Shown in pieces: positions 10,389 to 23,026 of a stretch of 64,000 bases of DNA. The position numbers were made by a program, and so were the translations under genes. The number at the start of each line of letters is the position of its first letter. The first letter of the stretch is position 1. Origin of the DNA: Azolla caroliniana (lineage: Eukaryota; Plantae; Polypodiophyta); NCBI GenBank assembly GCA_043228905.1, contig JBHGNT010000005.1, positions 13,144,001 through 13,208,000 of the forward strand. Reading direction: 5' to 3'. Below the pieces are notes generated by a model. The model did no database searches and was not told where the DNA came from. It saw only the letters and a program-made list of their open reading frames with translations.

Positions 10389-11987
10389 ACGTTTGTACAT
10401 CATTCAAGAACAACCATTTTAGAGAGGGAGACCAAATTCCCCCGTCCTAGGACTTAGCTTCATTAGCTGCTTTAGAAAAATTCCTTTCTAGGCTTTTGAC
10501 CCTGGTAACAATCCTCGAATCACAAACTTAACCAAGAGGGCTCTTGACTACATCAAAGGATCTATCAAACCCAAACCTCCATGGATTTTAGGTTGAATCA
10601 ACACCTTCCAAGCAACTTTGGCTACTATTCGAGATCCACTTTTTCCTCCTCGGAGGAAATTACGAATCAAGCTTTGTACTTTCATTATTGCTTACCTTGA
10701 AAATAACCAAATAGAAGGTATAAACCACATGGAGGCCAAAAGTACTGAATTTACTACTACAACCCGACCTGCAAAGGACAATTGTTGGACATCCCAATAT
10801 AAAAGTTTATGCTTTATTGATAATAGTAGCGGGGATAACATAGCTTCTGATTTTAAATCTATACCAACTAGGCATCCCAAATACCGAACAGGTTCACCTT
10901 GGTTAAGCCAGCGGAAAGTAGAACCTGGATACCAAGCAGGATGAGGCTCTGCACCCACCCATAACCCTACCGACTTATTGCAATTAAGAGAGGAACCTGT
11001 AGCTTTTGAGAAATTCTACAAAGCATTTTGTACCTGCCCAAGATTACCAATAGGTAATGCTATACCTTTTATACCAGCTGAAGAAGATCTTATGTATGAA
11101 GCTAGAGCTTCCCCATACAAGATAAAAAGAGAAGGGGCAAGAGGACATACTTGCCTAACTGACTTGGAAATCGGAAATATTGGCCCATAACCTCCATCAA
11201 ACAAAACTGAGCTAGAGGCCTGCCTATATAAGGCCGAAACACCATTTATCCATGCAGTAGGAAAGCCTAATCTTGACAACACTGCCTCAAGAAAGTCCCA
11301 ATCTACTTTATCATAGGCTTTTTCAAAGTCCAATAGTAAAACTGCCATTTGTTGTTTATTTTATTGAGCTAGTGCAACCATTTCCCAGAACAAAAAGATA
11401 TTATCGAAAATGCTTCTATCTTGTATAAAACCAGACTGTGTATCATGAATAATAGATGGAAACATAGATCGTAATCTAAAGGCAATTGTTTTTGCCACAA
11501 TCTTATAAATATCATTGAGCAGTGTTATTGGCTGCCACTTAGAAACTTAATCACATTGCACATTAGACTTAGGAATCATGTATATTATTCCTTCCTTCCA
11601 TTCCGCCGGCATAGCTCCCATTGAAAAAATTAGATTAGTCGCTCTAGTGAGGATAGGGCCAAGAAGATCCCTATAATGTAAGTAGAAGCCAACTCCTATT
11701 CAGTCTTTTCCTGGACAGACATCCTTACCCAAGGATTTAGTTGCAAATAACACCTCTTGGAACGTAAATGGTTGTATTAAATGAGATGCCATTTCATTAG
11801 TGATCTTCTACTAAATAGTTGCAAGTATATCTTGTTTCCTATAAAGACTATTTGTTGTAAAAGTTGTAGCAAACAACAATTGCTGATAATAATTTGAGAC
11901 TATACCTTGCATCTCGGATTCATCTGATGTATATGATCCATCAGGCCATTTCAAGGAGGTAATAGAAACAGGTTTATGTTTTCGTTT
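10389..11987 (-). mobile_element. Degenerate, 5'-truncated L1-type LINE fragment (ORF2 RT region)
   Basis: LLLDFEKAYDKVDWDFL, SVRQVCPLAPSLF, VRYLGCLVG, GRVVVVNSVL motifs; stops and frameshifts; YADD segment appears deleted; AT-rich compared with the flanks. Confidence 0.9.
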
Positions 11988-14907
11988 GACTGGCCTCACC
12001 TTCCGGTACACAGTCTTGTACTTCGTATGCACATGGGCCGTCTGATCCGACCTGATCCTTTTCCTGAAGTCGGCAATGACTTCGTACATTCCCATAGAAC
12101 TAATCGGAACCGTCTGGTCCTCACTGAGGGCTTCTACGAACACCTTCTGTAGTTCCCCCAAGGTGTCGTCAAAGAGACTGCCTCCATGGTGCCGCTAATT
12201 TCTTCATTGGGGGCGAGGACTCCGCACATCCTGAGTCGTTTCTCCGCCCGCTTCCTTTCCCCGCCGCTGATGTCGGTTATAGTACAACCTCCGTTATCGG
12301 AGAACCAAAATTTCCTTCCTATGGTACATGTGTGGGGTTTCTCCAGGGTGTCTGGACTATCGCGACCCCACACCTTGATAGCCCTCTCTAGAAATACCCT
12401 CGGCTATCGCCGTCGAGGGTCTCACGGTTACGCTCGTGGTTTGCCCACACGGTCAGGAATTGGACGGAGCGACGTCTATCTTGGCTTTTGACGCGCACGT
12501 ACGTTGAACCATTGTCAAGCACCTTGGTCTCCATGCGCGCCGCAGTGATGTATGGTTCGCCGAGAATCACCAGGTGTGAGGATGTCTCCTGCACGAAGAA
12601 GTGTTGGTCAATCTTGACATCCCCAATCTTCACGCTTACATTCGGGAACACCCCGTGCAGTTCCTTCGTAGCGCGTGTCACCGTGCGTATTTTCCAACCG
12701 TGCTTGGTGTTGATGGGCCACTTCCCCTTTTTGTAGAATTCCATGGACATCAGGTTGATCTCCGAGCCGTGGTTTATCAACGCCACTACCAGCTCCTGGA
12801 CGTCGCCGATCCGAACTGGGGTCTCTGTTGTGGCCCTGCCCAGTGTAACTTCGAATAATGGCTTTCCGCCAACTCGTCCTCTAGGGCCGTGTCTTCTAGG
12901 TGCATCGTCCGCACCTCCACGGGCTTCTCTGGTTCCGGCTCCGTCGAGAGCCGCTTCCCCTTCACCAAGTCCACAATAGAATCGTGGAACTCCTTCTTCG
13001 CGATCCCAAGCACTTCCCACAACGACAACTCAACCTTGTTGTTGAGAATCCGCTCCTCTAGGACCTTCTGTAGGTCTGTGGTTCTTTCAATCACAGTGCT
13101 CAGCCGGTAACCTGCTGGCTTGGGCTTGTTTGGCACGTCAGGATTGCCGGCATCATTCTTCTTTGGGCTGAATCAAGTCCTATATCGTTGTGAGGGTCCG
13201 GCCCCTACACCCTTCCCCATATGCTTGTCTTCTACCAGAACCTCGTAGTTCTGGCACACGGCTTCCACGAAGCCGGTCTTTTCCTCAACCGGATCGCTCC
13301 ACCCGGTGACCTCCCGGACCCGTCTTTCCGCGCGGTCCGCTTCCTCCTTCCTCAATCGCATACCAGCGAAGCCTTCTAGCACCACCGGCCAGAAGCCCGA
13401 GTCTTTCATTTTCCGGTCTTGGTTACCTCCTACCCAGATTTCGGCTGATGCTTAATAATGGATGGCCTCTGCATGGCGCGCCTCCGCTTCATCCCGCTGT
13501 GCCCGAAATTTGTTTCCACGGCTCTCCGGGTATCACCAGCGTGCACCCGTCCATTCCACAGGTACAGCACATTATCCCTGAGGGCTTTGGCAAACTCTAT
13601 GCAGTCTTGCCGGCTGTGTTCGATTGCGTCGCACCACACACACCGTTGTCCGACCGCTGGCCTCCGATCGTGTGGCTGCCTTCCACCGTCTCTCTAGGCC
13701 TGCGCGATCTGCAGGTCGCACACCATTTCTGTCAACTCCTCCAGAGCTACTCCTCCTGATGGTCCCTTGACTGCGCCGGTCGATGTTGAGCCCGTCTCGA
13801 GCCAATCCCGGGGTTCTTCTTTCCGCGCCGGTGGGGGTCCCTCAAGGTTTCTTGTCGCAACCGCTCCTGTGCCCGACGAGCCCTTGTCGACCCACTCACG
13901 CCGCTTGTCGAAACGGCTGCAGACTCCTTTGACCACGGTCCAGTCGGTCGTCAGCCCGTCATCTGTCTCTAGTAGGAGACCCACTTGATCCCGATCCCTC
14001 ACGTCCACTGCTTTTACGAACAATAGGATGTGGCTCGTATCTAGCACAGTCCTGTCTAGAGCCGAGAGTTGTGTGAAGCGTTCTTCAAACTCCTGCAGGA
14101 GCGCCGATGCGTTCCTCCCCTTTCCGGGGTTCTCCACCCACTCCATGAAGTCCCGCTTCGATAACCAAAGTGCATCGTCAAGCCTGTACCTTTCGAGGAG
14201 CTGCACTTTGGCGAGCTCTGATTCCCTCATTTTCGATTCCTCTGCCGCCTTGCTTCATGCCGGGTTCACCAAATTAATATCGTGTTGTTATGCTTTCACG
14301 TATGAAATAAGGCGGGACCGCAGGGGCCTTGAACTTAGGAGCGTGAGAGATGAGAGTGAGAGAGATTCGCAGAAAACACAGAGAGACATAAACGAGAGAA
14401 TCAATTCCAATAATAGTATAGATTACAGAGCTTGCAATGTTACAACCGGCAAGCCGGTGACAGACTCAACACAGACGAACACATGCACTGAAATTCGCAG
14501 TGGAGCCTCTACCGGAAGCACATGGCTTTCACGCAACAGAGGTAGCCAACTTAACCTAAAATCCCTGCAGAAGCAACAATGATGGTGGAGGAAGGAGCTC
14601 GGTTCCCAGTCCGATAGCACTTCGTCCTCTCCAAAATGTGTGATCCCTCTCTCAGCCTTTTTACCTCCCTTTTATAGGCCGCTCGGGAAGACCGTTACAC
14701 CCTTGGCCACATACATTTACCCTCCATCCCCTCAGACAGAGATACGCTTGTTTACCCTAGACAATTAATGCATACTGCCTAGTATATTTACATCAGCTGA
14801 ATCAAACCTAGTTATGTACAAATTAATAAATAGTGCGGCCACACGTACGGGTCGGTTCCTGTGCCTTTTCCCCCCGTTTCCTCCTATGGCCGGTTTTCTC
14901 CACGACA
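11988..14907 (-). mobile_element. Degenerate Phygy-like gypsy (copy 3): 5' LTR, PBS, broken gag-PR, start of pol
   Basis: LTR ~14278-14907 homologous to copy 2 LTR and ending CACGACA; PBS ~14255-14271; fragmented gag ORFs 12388-14230; pol cut by the LINE after KTVYRKVRPV. Confidence 0.88.
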
Positions 14908-15261
14908 CCAAGTCGAGAGGGTGCCTTGCTCCGCGCCCTCTCCCGTGGTACCGATGTACCGTGTTCCGGCCTCCCCATAGGCTTGCCTCTTCCCCCCTTT
15001 CGGATTGGGTATCCAGAAGTCGGCTCTGCCCGGTTCTCATCTGGGCTCGTCCGTTACACAGCATTGTCGGGTCCCATTCTCCTACCGCCACCGTTAGTAT
15101 CTTGGTCTTATGTCGGATCCGATGCCGACCGCCGAAGTCTCTAGCCCGGTGTGAGGTGACCCATAGGACTGGTCTTTGTTCCACCGCTTCCGGATTGGTT
15201 GTATTGGCTGTGACCTCTGCATCCTTGCCGCCACTTTCCATCTCTTAGGTCTTCCATTGGT

Positions 15262-15389
15262 TCTCGGACGTAACCGCGTAAGTCTCACGAACAAGTGTGA
15301 AGGACCCATACTTTAGTCAACTGCCTCTCGGACGCAACCACGTAAGTCTCACGAACAAGTGTGGAGGACCCATACTTTAGTCAACCGCC
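15262..15389. repeat. Tandem duplication, 2 x 64 bp
   Basis: TCTCGGACGYAACCRCGTAAGTCTCACGAACAAGTGTGRAGGACCCATACTTTAGTCAACYGCC twice. Confidence 0.9.
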
Positions 15390-16636
15390 TCCGCCGCCGT
15401 CGTCGATCCGCTTTCTTGCGCTTCCTCACCATCTTCCTTCTCTTTCGGTCTCACGTTGCCACGCCGGCCAAACTGCCAAAGTCTCCGGTCAAGATGTGGG
15501 GGAACCGACTTCGTAACGACTCTCGACGGCTTGTCCCAGGCCACCGACCCTTTTAGTGGTGTAGGTGGATTGCATCCGCTCTATGATCGATCAAGCCCCG
15601 CCTGGGCTTGATTCTCCAATGTCCGGAGTTTCGGCTCCGATGCCATTCCTGCTAGACTCGTTCCGTACCCTCGATCATCTTCTTCCCGCTTCCCCACCTT
15701 CGCCCGGTCAGTCTATCTCCCCATGTAAAAGAGGGCGGCTCGTCTCGCACCCTGTTCCGTGTCGGCACCTTCATGCCAAACTGTGCCCTAGTCACACGAT
15801 CCACGTCTAGATCATGCTCCACCCAAATCGGGATACTGACCAGTCCGATCCCCGGTCGGTTCGACTTCCGATTCCACTCCCCTTGGCACCGACTCTCATT
15901 TTCTCCTTCTCTGTCGTGGCTCCGTCCTCGACCTTCTCGTAGGCCGTTTCCCATCCATCTTCGCTGGCATCGTGCCAGGACTCCTCACTTGCGCCTTCCA
16001 TCTCTCCGCTCTTATGTCGGCAAATGGGCTCGATTGCGGAGTTTCCGGAATCCGCGTGGAGAGCTCTTCTTCGCTTCCGACCTCCTCCTTGGCCGATCTT
16101 TCTTCGCAAGTCGAGAGGGTCGCTTGCTTCGCACCCTCTCCCATGGCACCATCATACCGATCTTCTGCCATCTCGTGAGGCAAGTCCGTCTCCTCGGCAT
16201 CAACTTGTGGCCTCGATCATTCCTCTTCCTCGAGCATTGCCTCAAGAACTGTGTATGCCTCCGCAATCCTGGCCCTGAAGCCGAGCCTTGCCGACTCTCT
16301 TTTCCGCTCGCCCTCTTCCCGTTGTGATGGCGCGTCGTCGCGCGCCTTCCACCTAGCTCTATTGGCTCGCTCGTCATCTAGCCATTCACATACCCTTCCG
16401 ACTTTCGACCAATCCTCCGTAAGGCCATTCGCTCCGTCATCATCTTCAAGCTCAATCCCGATGGCCTCCCGTTCCGCTCGGTCGATCGACCTAACGAACA
16501 ACAGGACTTTGTCCGCCCCCATCAAACTTTGCTCCCGCTCCGGGAGCCGAGCAAGCCGTCACTCGAACTCTCAGAACGCCTTCGTTGCCCCTCGGTGGGT
16601 CTTCGCCAATGCCACCCACTGGTTGAAGTTGCGTCG

Positions 16637-19600
16637 TGTAAGGAATAGACCCTTCTATCCACCTTCTTATCTCGGCCACAACCGATTAATCGCGGATCAA
16701 TGGAGCAGAAAATAGGAAACACACGTAGAAACAAAACGAAGAAACGCGAGTACACAAGGATTAACGTGGAAAACCCTAAACGGGGAAAAACCACGGGAGT
16801 ACAAGACTCCAAACAACACTATACAGAGAAGTATACAATGACGAGCTCCAAGGCGACGACCTTGAGCTCGCTGTCCTCGCCACAGGCGGCGGAAATACAC
16901 AGAGGCGTCTACCTCTTTCTCTCTCGCGCTCTCTCTCTCTCTCTCTCTCACGGCTGCTCTCTCTTCACGCCTCTAAAGTGGAAAAACAGAAAAATGAGAA
17001 GCAACAGGAAAACTGTTTGCCCTAAGTCATATTTATACTTATATGACTTTGGGCTATTTACAACTATAGCCTCAGGGGGCTCGTAGCGAACATATTCACG
17101 GATATGTCCCTGCATCCGGATCGCTCTCCGGGTACATTCGTCATCCGGCACCGAAGCCGGGGTCTTCGTCATCCGGATCCGAAACCGAAACCGGGCTTGT
17201 CGGCATTCATCTCCGATATCCGACCATCCCATCCGAAAGGGACCGAAATCCCAACAAACTCCCCCTTCACTTCGGCATGGGATGTCTTTCCAATCCGATC
17301 CTCTTCCGGCATGCTTCCAGCTTGTCGGGTGTGAGCACCTTGGTCAGCATATCCGACCCGTTCTCGTCGGTGTGGATCTTCGTCAGCACGAACTCCTTGT
17401 CTTCTATCCTTTCCCGGATCCAGTGGTATCTACGCTGGATGTGTTTCGTCCGGGAGTGATAGGCTGCGTTCTTCGCAAGGTGGATGGCACTCTGACTGTC
17501 GCAGTAGAGTCGGTACTCCTCTTGCCGGATACCGAGCTCTCTAATGAAGTCCTTCATCCATATTATTTCCTTGCCGGCTTCAACAGCTGCCATGTACTCC
17601 GCCTCCGTGGTTGACAACGCAACCGTCTTCTGCAGCCTCGACTGCCACGAAACAGCTCCCCCTGCATACGTCATCACATACCCTGATGTGGACCGGCTGG
17701 TATCTGCATCAGCCGACATATCCGAATCGGTGAAACCGTCGAGTTCGGGTTTACCGGAGCCGAATCGGAGGCACACGTTTGCCGTGCCCTTCAGGTATCG
17801 GAGTATCCACTTGGCCGCGTTCCAATGCTCTTTGCCGGGATTGCTCATGTACCGGCTCACCACTCCGACTGCATATCCGATGTCCGGTCTCGTACACACC
17901 ATGGCGTACATCAAGCTCCCGACGGCTGAGGCATACGGCACTTTCATCATATCCTCCTTCTCAGCCTTTGTCTTGGGACTTTGCTTGCTGGACAGCTTGC
18001 AGTTTGCCGGGAGGGTCGATCCGACCGGTCTTGCTTCCGACATGTTGAACCGGTGAAGCACCTTCGTCACGTACTTCTCCTGTGACAGCCACAACTGCTT
18101 CTTCTTCCGGTCCCGGATGATGTGCATCCCTAGTATTTGCCTCGCCGGACCCAGGTCCTTCATTGAGAAGGTTCGGTGAAGAGCCTTCTTCAGCATCCGT
18201 ATCTTGACCTGGTCCCGTCCGACGATCAACATGTCGTCCACGTACAGGAGGAGTATTAGAGAGTCTCCTCCTTCGAACTCCTTCACAAACACGCAGTGGT
18301 CGGACTGCGTTTTGAGGTACCCTTCGTCGGTCATGAAGGAGTCGAACTTCCGGTACCATTGCCGGGGAGCCTGCTTCAGTCCGTAAAGGCTCTTCTTCAA
18401 CCGGCATACCAGGTGCTCCTTCCCTTCCTTCTCGAATCCTTCCGGTTGCTGCATGTAGATCTCTTCATCGAGGTCGCCGTGAAGGAATGCCGTCTTCACG
18501 TCCATCTGTTCTACCTCGAGGTCCATGCTTGCCGCTATGCTCAGCACCGTCCGGATGGAGGTCATCTTCACTACCGGGGCAAATATCTCGTCGAAGTCGA
18601 CGCCCTTCTTTTGCTGAAACCCCTTCACCACGATCCTGGCTTTGTATCTCGGGGGGTTTCCGGCATCTCCCGGTTTCAGCTTGAACACCCACTTGTTTCG
18701 AAGTGCCCGCTTTCCCTTCGGCAACTCCACAAGTTCATATGTGTGGTTCTCATGCAGGGAATCCATCTCGTCCTGCATGGCACTCAACCACCTGCGGCTC
18801 TGGGTGTCATGCTTCGCTTCTTCAAAGCTCTCCGGCTCCCCCTCGTCGGTTAGCAGCACGTGCTCTGGTTCCGGAAATCTCCGGGGGGCCCTTCTCTCTC
18901 TTAGAGGATATCTCCGTTCCGGAGCTTCGGTAACCGGTTCTTCCGATTCTTCTTCATCCGAGACCATTTCGGGATCGGGGCCGGTTCCGGTATCATTTTC
19001 ATCTTCTTCGGCCGGTTCTGTGTCTTCACCGTCTTCGGCCGGATCCTCGAGTGCTAACCGGTCCCTTGCCGGTCGGGACTGCTCCTCGTAGAGTTGATCC
19101 TTACCGGTCGACTTGGAGCTCTTCATCTTCTTCTCCGACTCCCAGTCGGCGAGCGTCTTGTTCTCCATGAAGATGATATCACGACTCCGGAATATCTTCT
19201 TGTCGACCGGGTCCCATACTCGGTAGCCGAACTCGTCGTCGCCGTAACCGAGGAATATGCATGGCCGGGTCTTCGGATCTAGCTTTCCTCTCCGGTCCTT
19301 TGCCACATGCACGTATGCGAGACACCCGAACACCTTCAGATGCCGGTAGGACACTTCCTTACCAGTCCACACTTTCTGCGGCGTGTCTCCGTCCAAAGGT
19401 ACTGAGGGTGATCTGTTTATCACGTATGTCGCCGTCGACATTGCCTCAGCCCAAAACCCCTTGGGTAATTTCGCATGCGCCAGCATACTCCGGACCCGCT
19501 CCATTATGGTCCGGTTCATCCTCTCGGCCAGCCCGTTCAGTTCCGGCGTCTTCGGCACAGTAAACTCGAGTCGGATTCCCTTCGAGCGACAGTACTCCTG

Positions 19601-21989
19601 GAACTGCCCTCGGTATTCCCCTCCGTTATCCGCTCGTATCGCTTTCAGCTTCTTGCCGGATTCTCTTTCCACTCTCGCATGGAGTTCTTTGAAGACGGAC
19701 AACACTTGGTCCTTTGTCTTCATCGGTGCCGTCCACAGTTTTCGGCTATGATCATCGATGAATGTTACGAAGTACTGGGCTCCGCCATGTGACTTCGTCT
19801 CTACCTGACACACGTCAGTGTGCACCAACTCCAATGGTGCGCTACGTCTCGTCGGTGGCCTTGAGTGGAAGGAGGTTCGGTTCTGCTTACCGGCCAGGCA
19901 ATCGGTGCACTTCTCCAGGTGCACGTGCTTCACTGGGATGAGGTTGTCTTCTGCAAGCCTCTTCATCCCCTTCTCACTCATGTGGCACAGTCTTTTGTGC
20001 CACAGCTCACCGGCAGTGTCGGCTGCCACATTCAGCTCTTCCGGACATAACCGGGCATTCATCAGGTACAGTGTGTTGACCTTCCGGGCCCGAACCACTA
20101 TCAAGCTCCCCTTGCTGAACTTCATGATACCGTTCCGGATGCTACCCGTGTAGCCTTCATCATCTAGCCTCCCGGCCGAAATCAGGTTCAGTCGGACCTC
20201 CGGAACGTGTCGGACATCTTTCAACAGCATTTTGCATCCGGTCGGGGTTGTCAACCACACGTCTCCTATGCCGGCAATCCGGCACGTACCTTCATTTCCC
20301 ATCCGAACACAGCCATGCTCGCCGGCTGTGTAGGATGAGAAGTATCTTCTCTCCGGGGTCAGGTGGAACGATGCTCCGGAATCGACCACCCAGGTCGTCT
20401 CATCGCCGGCAACGTTTAGCTCACCTTCTTCGGTGATGAGCATGATTTCTTCCTCACTTGCCGCGAGTGCCGTTGTTCCTTTCCGGTCTTGCCCTCGCCG
20501 ATCCGAACCTCTTCGGTCCGTGGCTCCCCGGTATGCACCGTTTCTCTCCGGTGACTTCTTCGAGTCGGTGTCGTCGGCTCCGTTGTCTTTTCGGTAATGC
20601 CGACAATTCTTTCGGAAGTGCCCCGGCTTCCCACAGTGGAAGCATGTGGGCCTTCCTCTTGACTGCGACCGGGTCCCCGACTTCTCCCGTCTTTGCGGAC
20701 TCCGGTTCCATTGTCTTCCCCGATCCGATTCGGTAAACAGCATCTTCGGGTCGGAGGCCGGTTCCTTATCTCTCCGACGCGCTTCTTCATTCAGAATACT
20801 TGTCTTTACAGTTTGTAAGGACAAGTTATCTTCGGTGCACGAGGTGCTGAGAGTCACCACCAAGTTCTCCCAGCTTTCCGGCAATGTACACATCAGGATG
20901 ATGGCTTGCATTGCATCCTCCAACGGGAACTTGATCGCCGCAAGCTGGTTCACGAATCCCATGAACGTGCTTACGTGTTCCACCATACTCTCGCCGTCCC
21001 GATACTTGAGATTCACAATCTTCCTCATCAGGGAGGTCCGGTTCAACGCATTCTTCCTCTCATAGAGGCCAGACAGCTTCTTCCACATCTCGTATGCGTT
21101 GGTGTCGTTCGCCACATGTTGCAGGACGCTTACGTCGACATATTGTCGGATCGTCGCTACGGCTTTCCGGTTCAGGAGCTTCCACTCCGACTCAAGTACC
21201 CCCTTCGGTATTTCCGACCTGTCAATCAGTTCGTACAGGTCCCGAACAATCAGAAGATCCTCCATCTTGATCTTCCAGTCGGCGTAATTCTGTGCATTCA
21301 GCACCATCATCATCGGCTGCCCGCTGCCGCCGCCTTCCATTTTCTGCAACAGTCGCTCTGATACCAGTTTGTAAGGAATAGACCCTTCTATCCACCTTCT
21401 TATCTCGGCCACAACCGATTAATCGCGGATCAATGGAGCAGAAAATAGGAAACACACGTAGAAACAAAACGAAGAAACGCGAGTACACAAGGATTAACGT
21501 GGAAAACCCTAAACGGGGAAAAACCACGGGAGTACAAGACTCCAAACAACACTATACAGAGAAGTATACAATGACGAGCTCCAAGGCGACGACCTTGAGC
21601 TCGCTGTCCTCGCCACAGGCGGCGGAAATACACAGAGGCGTCTACCTCTTTCTCTCTCGCGCTCTCTCTCTCTCTCTCTCTCACGGCTGCTCTCTCTTCA
21701 CGCCTCTAAAGTGGAAAAACAGAAAAATGAGAAGCAACAGGAAAACTGTTTGCCCTAAGTCATATTTATACTTATATGACTTTGGGCTATTTACAACTAT
21801 AGCCTCAGGGGGCTCGTAGCGAACATATTCACGGATATGTCCCTGCATCCGGATCGCTCTCCGGGTACATTCGTCATCCGGCACCGAAGCCGGGGTCTTC
21901 GTCATCCGGATCCGAAACCGAAACCGGGCTTGTCGGCATTCATCTCCGATATCCGACCATCCCATCCGAAAGGGACCGAAATCCCAACA
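16637..21989 (-). mobile_element. Intact Ty1/copia (Tork/Tnt1-like) element A
   Basis: 620-bp LTRs 16637-17256 and 21370-21989 with no difference noticed, 5-bp TSD CGTCG, tRNA-iMet PBS TGGTATCAGAGC 21355-21366, PPT AGGGGGAG, single open ORF. Confidence 0.98.
17267..21340 (-). CDS. gag-pol: Copia Gag-PR-IN-RT-RH polyprotein (~1357 aa)
   Basis: CFHCGKPGHFRKNC, WVVDSGASFH, WHKRLCH..CTDC, DDE core, LKKSLYGLKQAPRQW, YVDD, RNase H. ATG at 21340 is the first one downstream of the PBS. Confidence 0.95.
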   Translation of the reverse strand: MEGGGSGQPMMMVLNAQNYADWKIKMEDLLIVRDLYELIDRSEIPKGVLESEWKLLNRKAVATIRQYVDVSVLQHVANDTNAYEMWKKLSGLYERKNALNRTSLMRKIVNLKYRDGESMVEHVSTFMGFVNQLAAIKFPLEDAMQAIILMCTLPESWENLVVTLSTSCTEDNLSLQTVKTSILNEEARRRDKEPASDPKMLFTESDRGRQWNRSPQRREKSGTRSQSRGRPTCFHCGKPGHFRKNCRHYRKDNGADDTDSKKSPERNGAYRGATDRRGSDRRGQDRKGTTALAASEEEIMLITEEGELNVAGDETTWVVDSGASFHLTPERRYFSSYTAGEHGCVRMGNEGTCRIAGIGDVWLTTPTGCKMLLKDVRHVPEVRLNLISAGRLDDEGYTGSIRNGIMKFSKGSLIVVRARKVNTLYLMNARLCPEELNVAADTAGELWHKRLCHMSEKGMKRLAEDNLIPVKHVHLEKCTDCLAGKQNRTSFHSRPPTRRSAPLELVHTDVCQVETKSHGGAQYFVTFIDDHSRKLWTAPMKTKDQVLSVFKELHARVERESGKKLKAIRADNGGEYRGQFQEYCRSKGIRLEFTVPKTPELNGLAERMNRTIMERVRSMLAHAKLPKGFWAEAMSTATYVINRSPSVPLDGDTPQKVWTGKEVSYRHLKVFGCLAYVHVAKDRRGKLDPKTRPCIFLGYGDDEFGYRVWDPVDKKIFRSRDIIFMENKTLADWESEKKMKSSKSTGKDQLYEEQSRPARDRLALEDPAEDGEDTEPAEEDENDTGTGPDPEMVSDEEESEEPVTEAPERRYPLRERRAPRRFPEPEHVLLTDEGEPESFEEAKHDTQSRRWLSAMQDEMDSLHENHTYELVELPKGKRALRNKWVFKLKPGDAGNPPRYKARIVVKGFQQKKGVDFDEIFAPVVKMTSIRTVLSIAASMDLEVEQMDVKTAFLHGDLDEEIYMQQPEGFEKEGKEHLVCRLKKSLYGLKQAPRQWYRKFDSFMTDEGYLKTQSDHCVFVKEFEGGDSLILLLYVDDMLIVGRDQVKIRMLKKALHRTFSMKDLGPARQILGMHIIRDRKKKQLWLSQEKYVTKVLHRFNMSEARPVGSTLPANCKLSSKQSPKTKAEKEDMMKVPYASAVGSLMYAMVCTRPDIGYAVGVVSRYMSNPGKEHWNAAKWILRYLKGTANVCLRFGSGKPELDGFTDSDMSADADTSRSTSGYVMTYAGGAVSWQSRLQKTVALSTTEAEYMAAVEAGKEIIWMKDFIRELGIRQEEYRLYCDSQSAIHLAKNAAYHSRTKHIQRRYHWIRERIEDKEFVLTKIHTDENGSDMLTKVLTPDKLEACRKRIGLERHPMPK

Positions 21990-23026
21990 CGTCGTCCCCG
22001 GCTCTTCCGCCATCCTCCATATGCCTGCGGGAGCGGCTCTTCGAAGGCCTCCCACGAACTATGAGCTTCTCGGAGCTCCTTCACTTCCACGTGCATACGA
22101 ATGGCGACGACCCGACAGAAGAACTCCAGCCTCAATGCCTCATTTATGTCTCACTCCTCCATTTCTGCATTCAGTAGGCTTCCAAGTAGAATGGGACTTT
22201 GTCCCCATTGAAATGGCTGACTCTTTCGACCACTCGCTCAATAGCTAGCTGCGCCGTCTCTCTTCTTGTTGTTGCTCGTCCAAACTCCCTCACCGCTTCG
22301 ACAAAAAGTTGTGTGAAGCCGTCTTCTTCCAACTCCCTTCTCCCTTGCCGCCCTTTCACGTCGGGTTCACAAAATATGTCGCGGTAATCCGTGAGTGCGT
22401 GTCAAAAGGGGCGGGACCATGGGGTCTCAGACGAGGAAGAAAGGGATGCCTGGAAACCAACTCTGGACACGTACCAAGGGCAACCGAACATGAGAGAGAG
22501 GGAGAGAAAAAGGAGAGAGAGCATGCGCGCAACACTGACTCTTATGTACAGGAAACAAAGGAGGGGAGCTATGCACCTGACACCATCAGAGACACCATTA
22601 TGCACAAGCAGACATGAATATATATATATTAAGGGGAAGATACAACCCCGGCTTCGAGCCGGGCTACACTCAAAAGATGAAGAAGAACTTAACCCTAACA
22701 AAGCTTTGCCGCCATAGTTGCGGCGCCCAACTTCTCAAGAAGGAGGAGAAGAAGAAGACTACCAAGATGTTACTAACCCTAGAAAAATTCTTAACAAAAT
22801 GACCCTTGACCAAAATGGTATACCCTTATGACTCAAAATGGGCAACCCTTTTAGAAGAGACCCCTCCCTCCTTTTATAGACCAAGGAGGGGAGGGCATTA
22901 CAATGTGGGATAAATACTCCCCCTTATTCTATACACCGTTTCCTACTATACATGAGCACATGTTGCACACCACCGACTTGCCCATTCCACCCCGGTTTCA
23001 CACTATAGCCAGAAATCTTCACAACA

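Larger units (their letters stand above)
14908..23026 (-). mobile_element. Probable non-autonomous gag-only LTR element N1 (tRNA-Trp PBS), interrupted by copia A
   Basis: LTR 22377-23026 (TGTCGC..ACAACA), mutated PBS 22356-22372, gag N-terminal homology (FNGDKVPFYL; DKVLLFVRSIDRAEREAIGIELEDDDGANGLTEDW) followed by unrelated repetitive sequence; no PR or RT in the visible part. Confidence 0.75.

Noticed and set aside
11811-12161. In-frame gypsy pol-LINE fusion protein
   Set aside because: Chance junction between two decayed elements, with stops on both sides.
15262-15389. CRISPR-like array (also 62912-62992)
   Set aside because: Simple tandem repeats without unique spacers, eukaryotic TE context, no cas genes.
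21341-21412. N-terminal extension of the copia A ORF; GTG starts at 9673, 61268 and 41013
   Set aside because: These starts fall inside LTR or PBS sequence; the first downstream ATG is more plausible.
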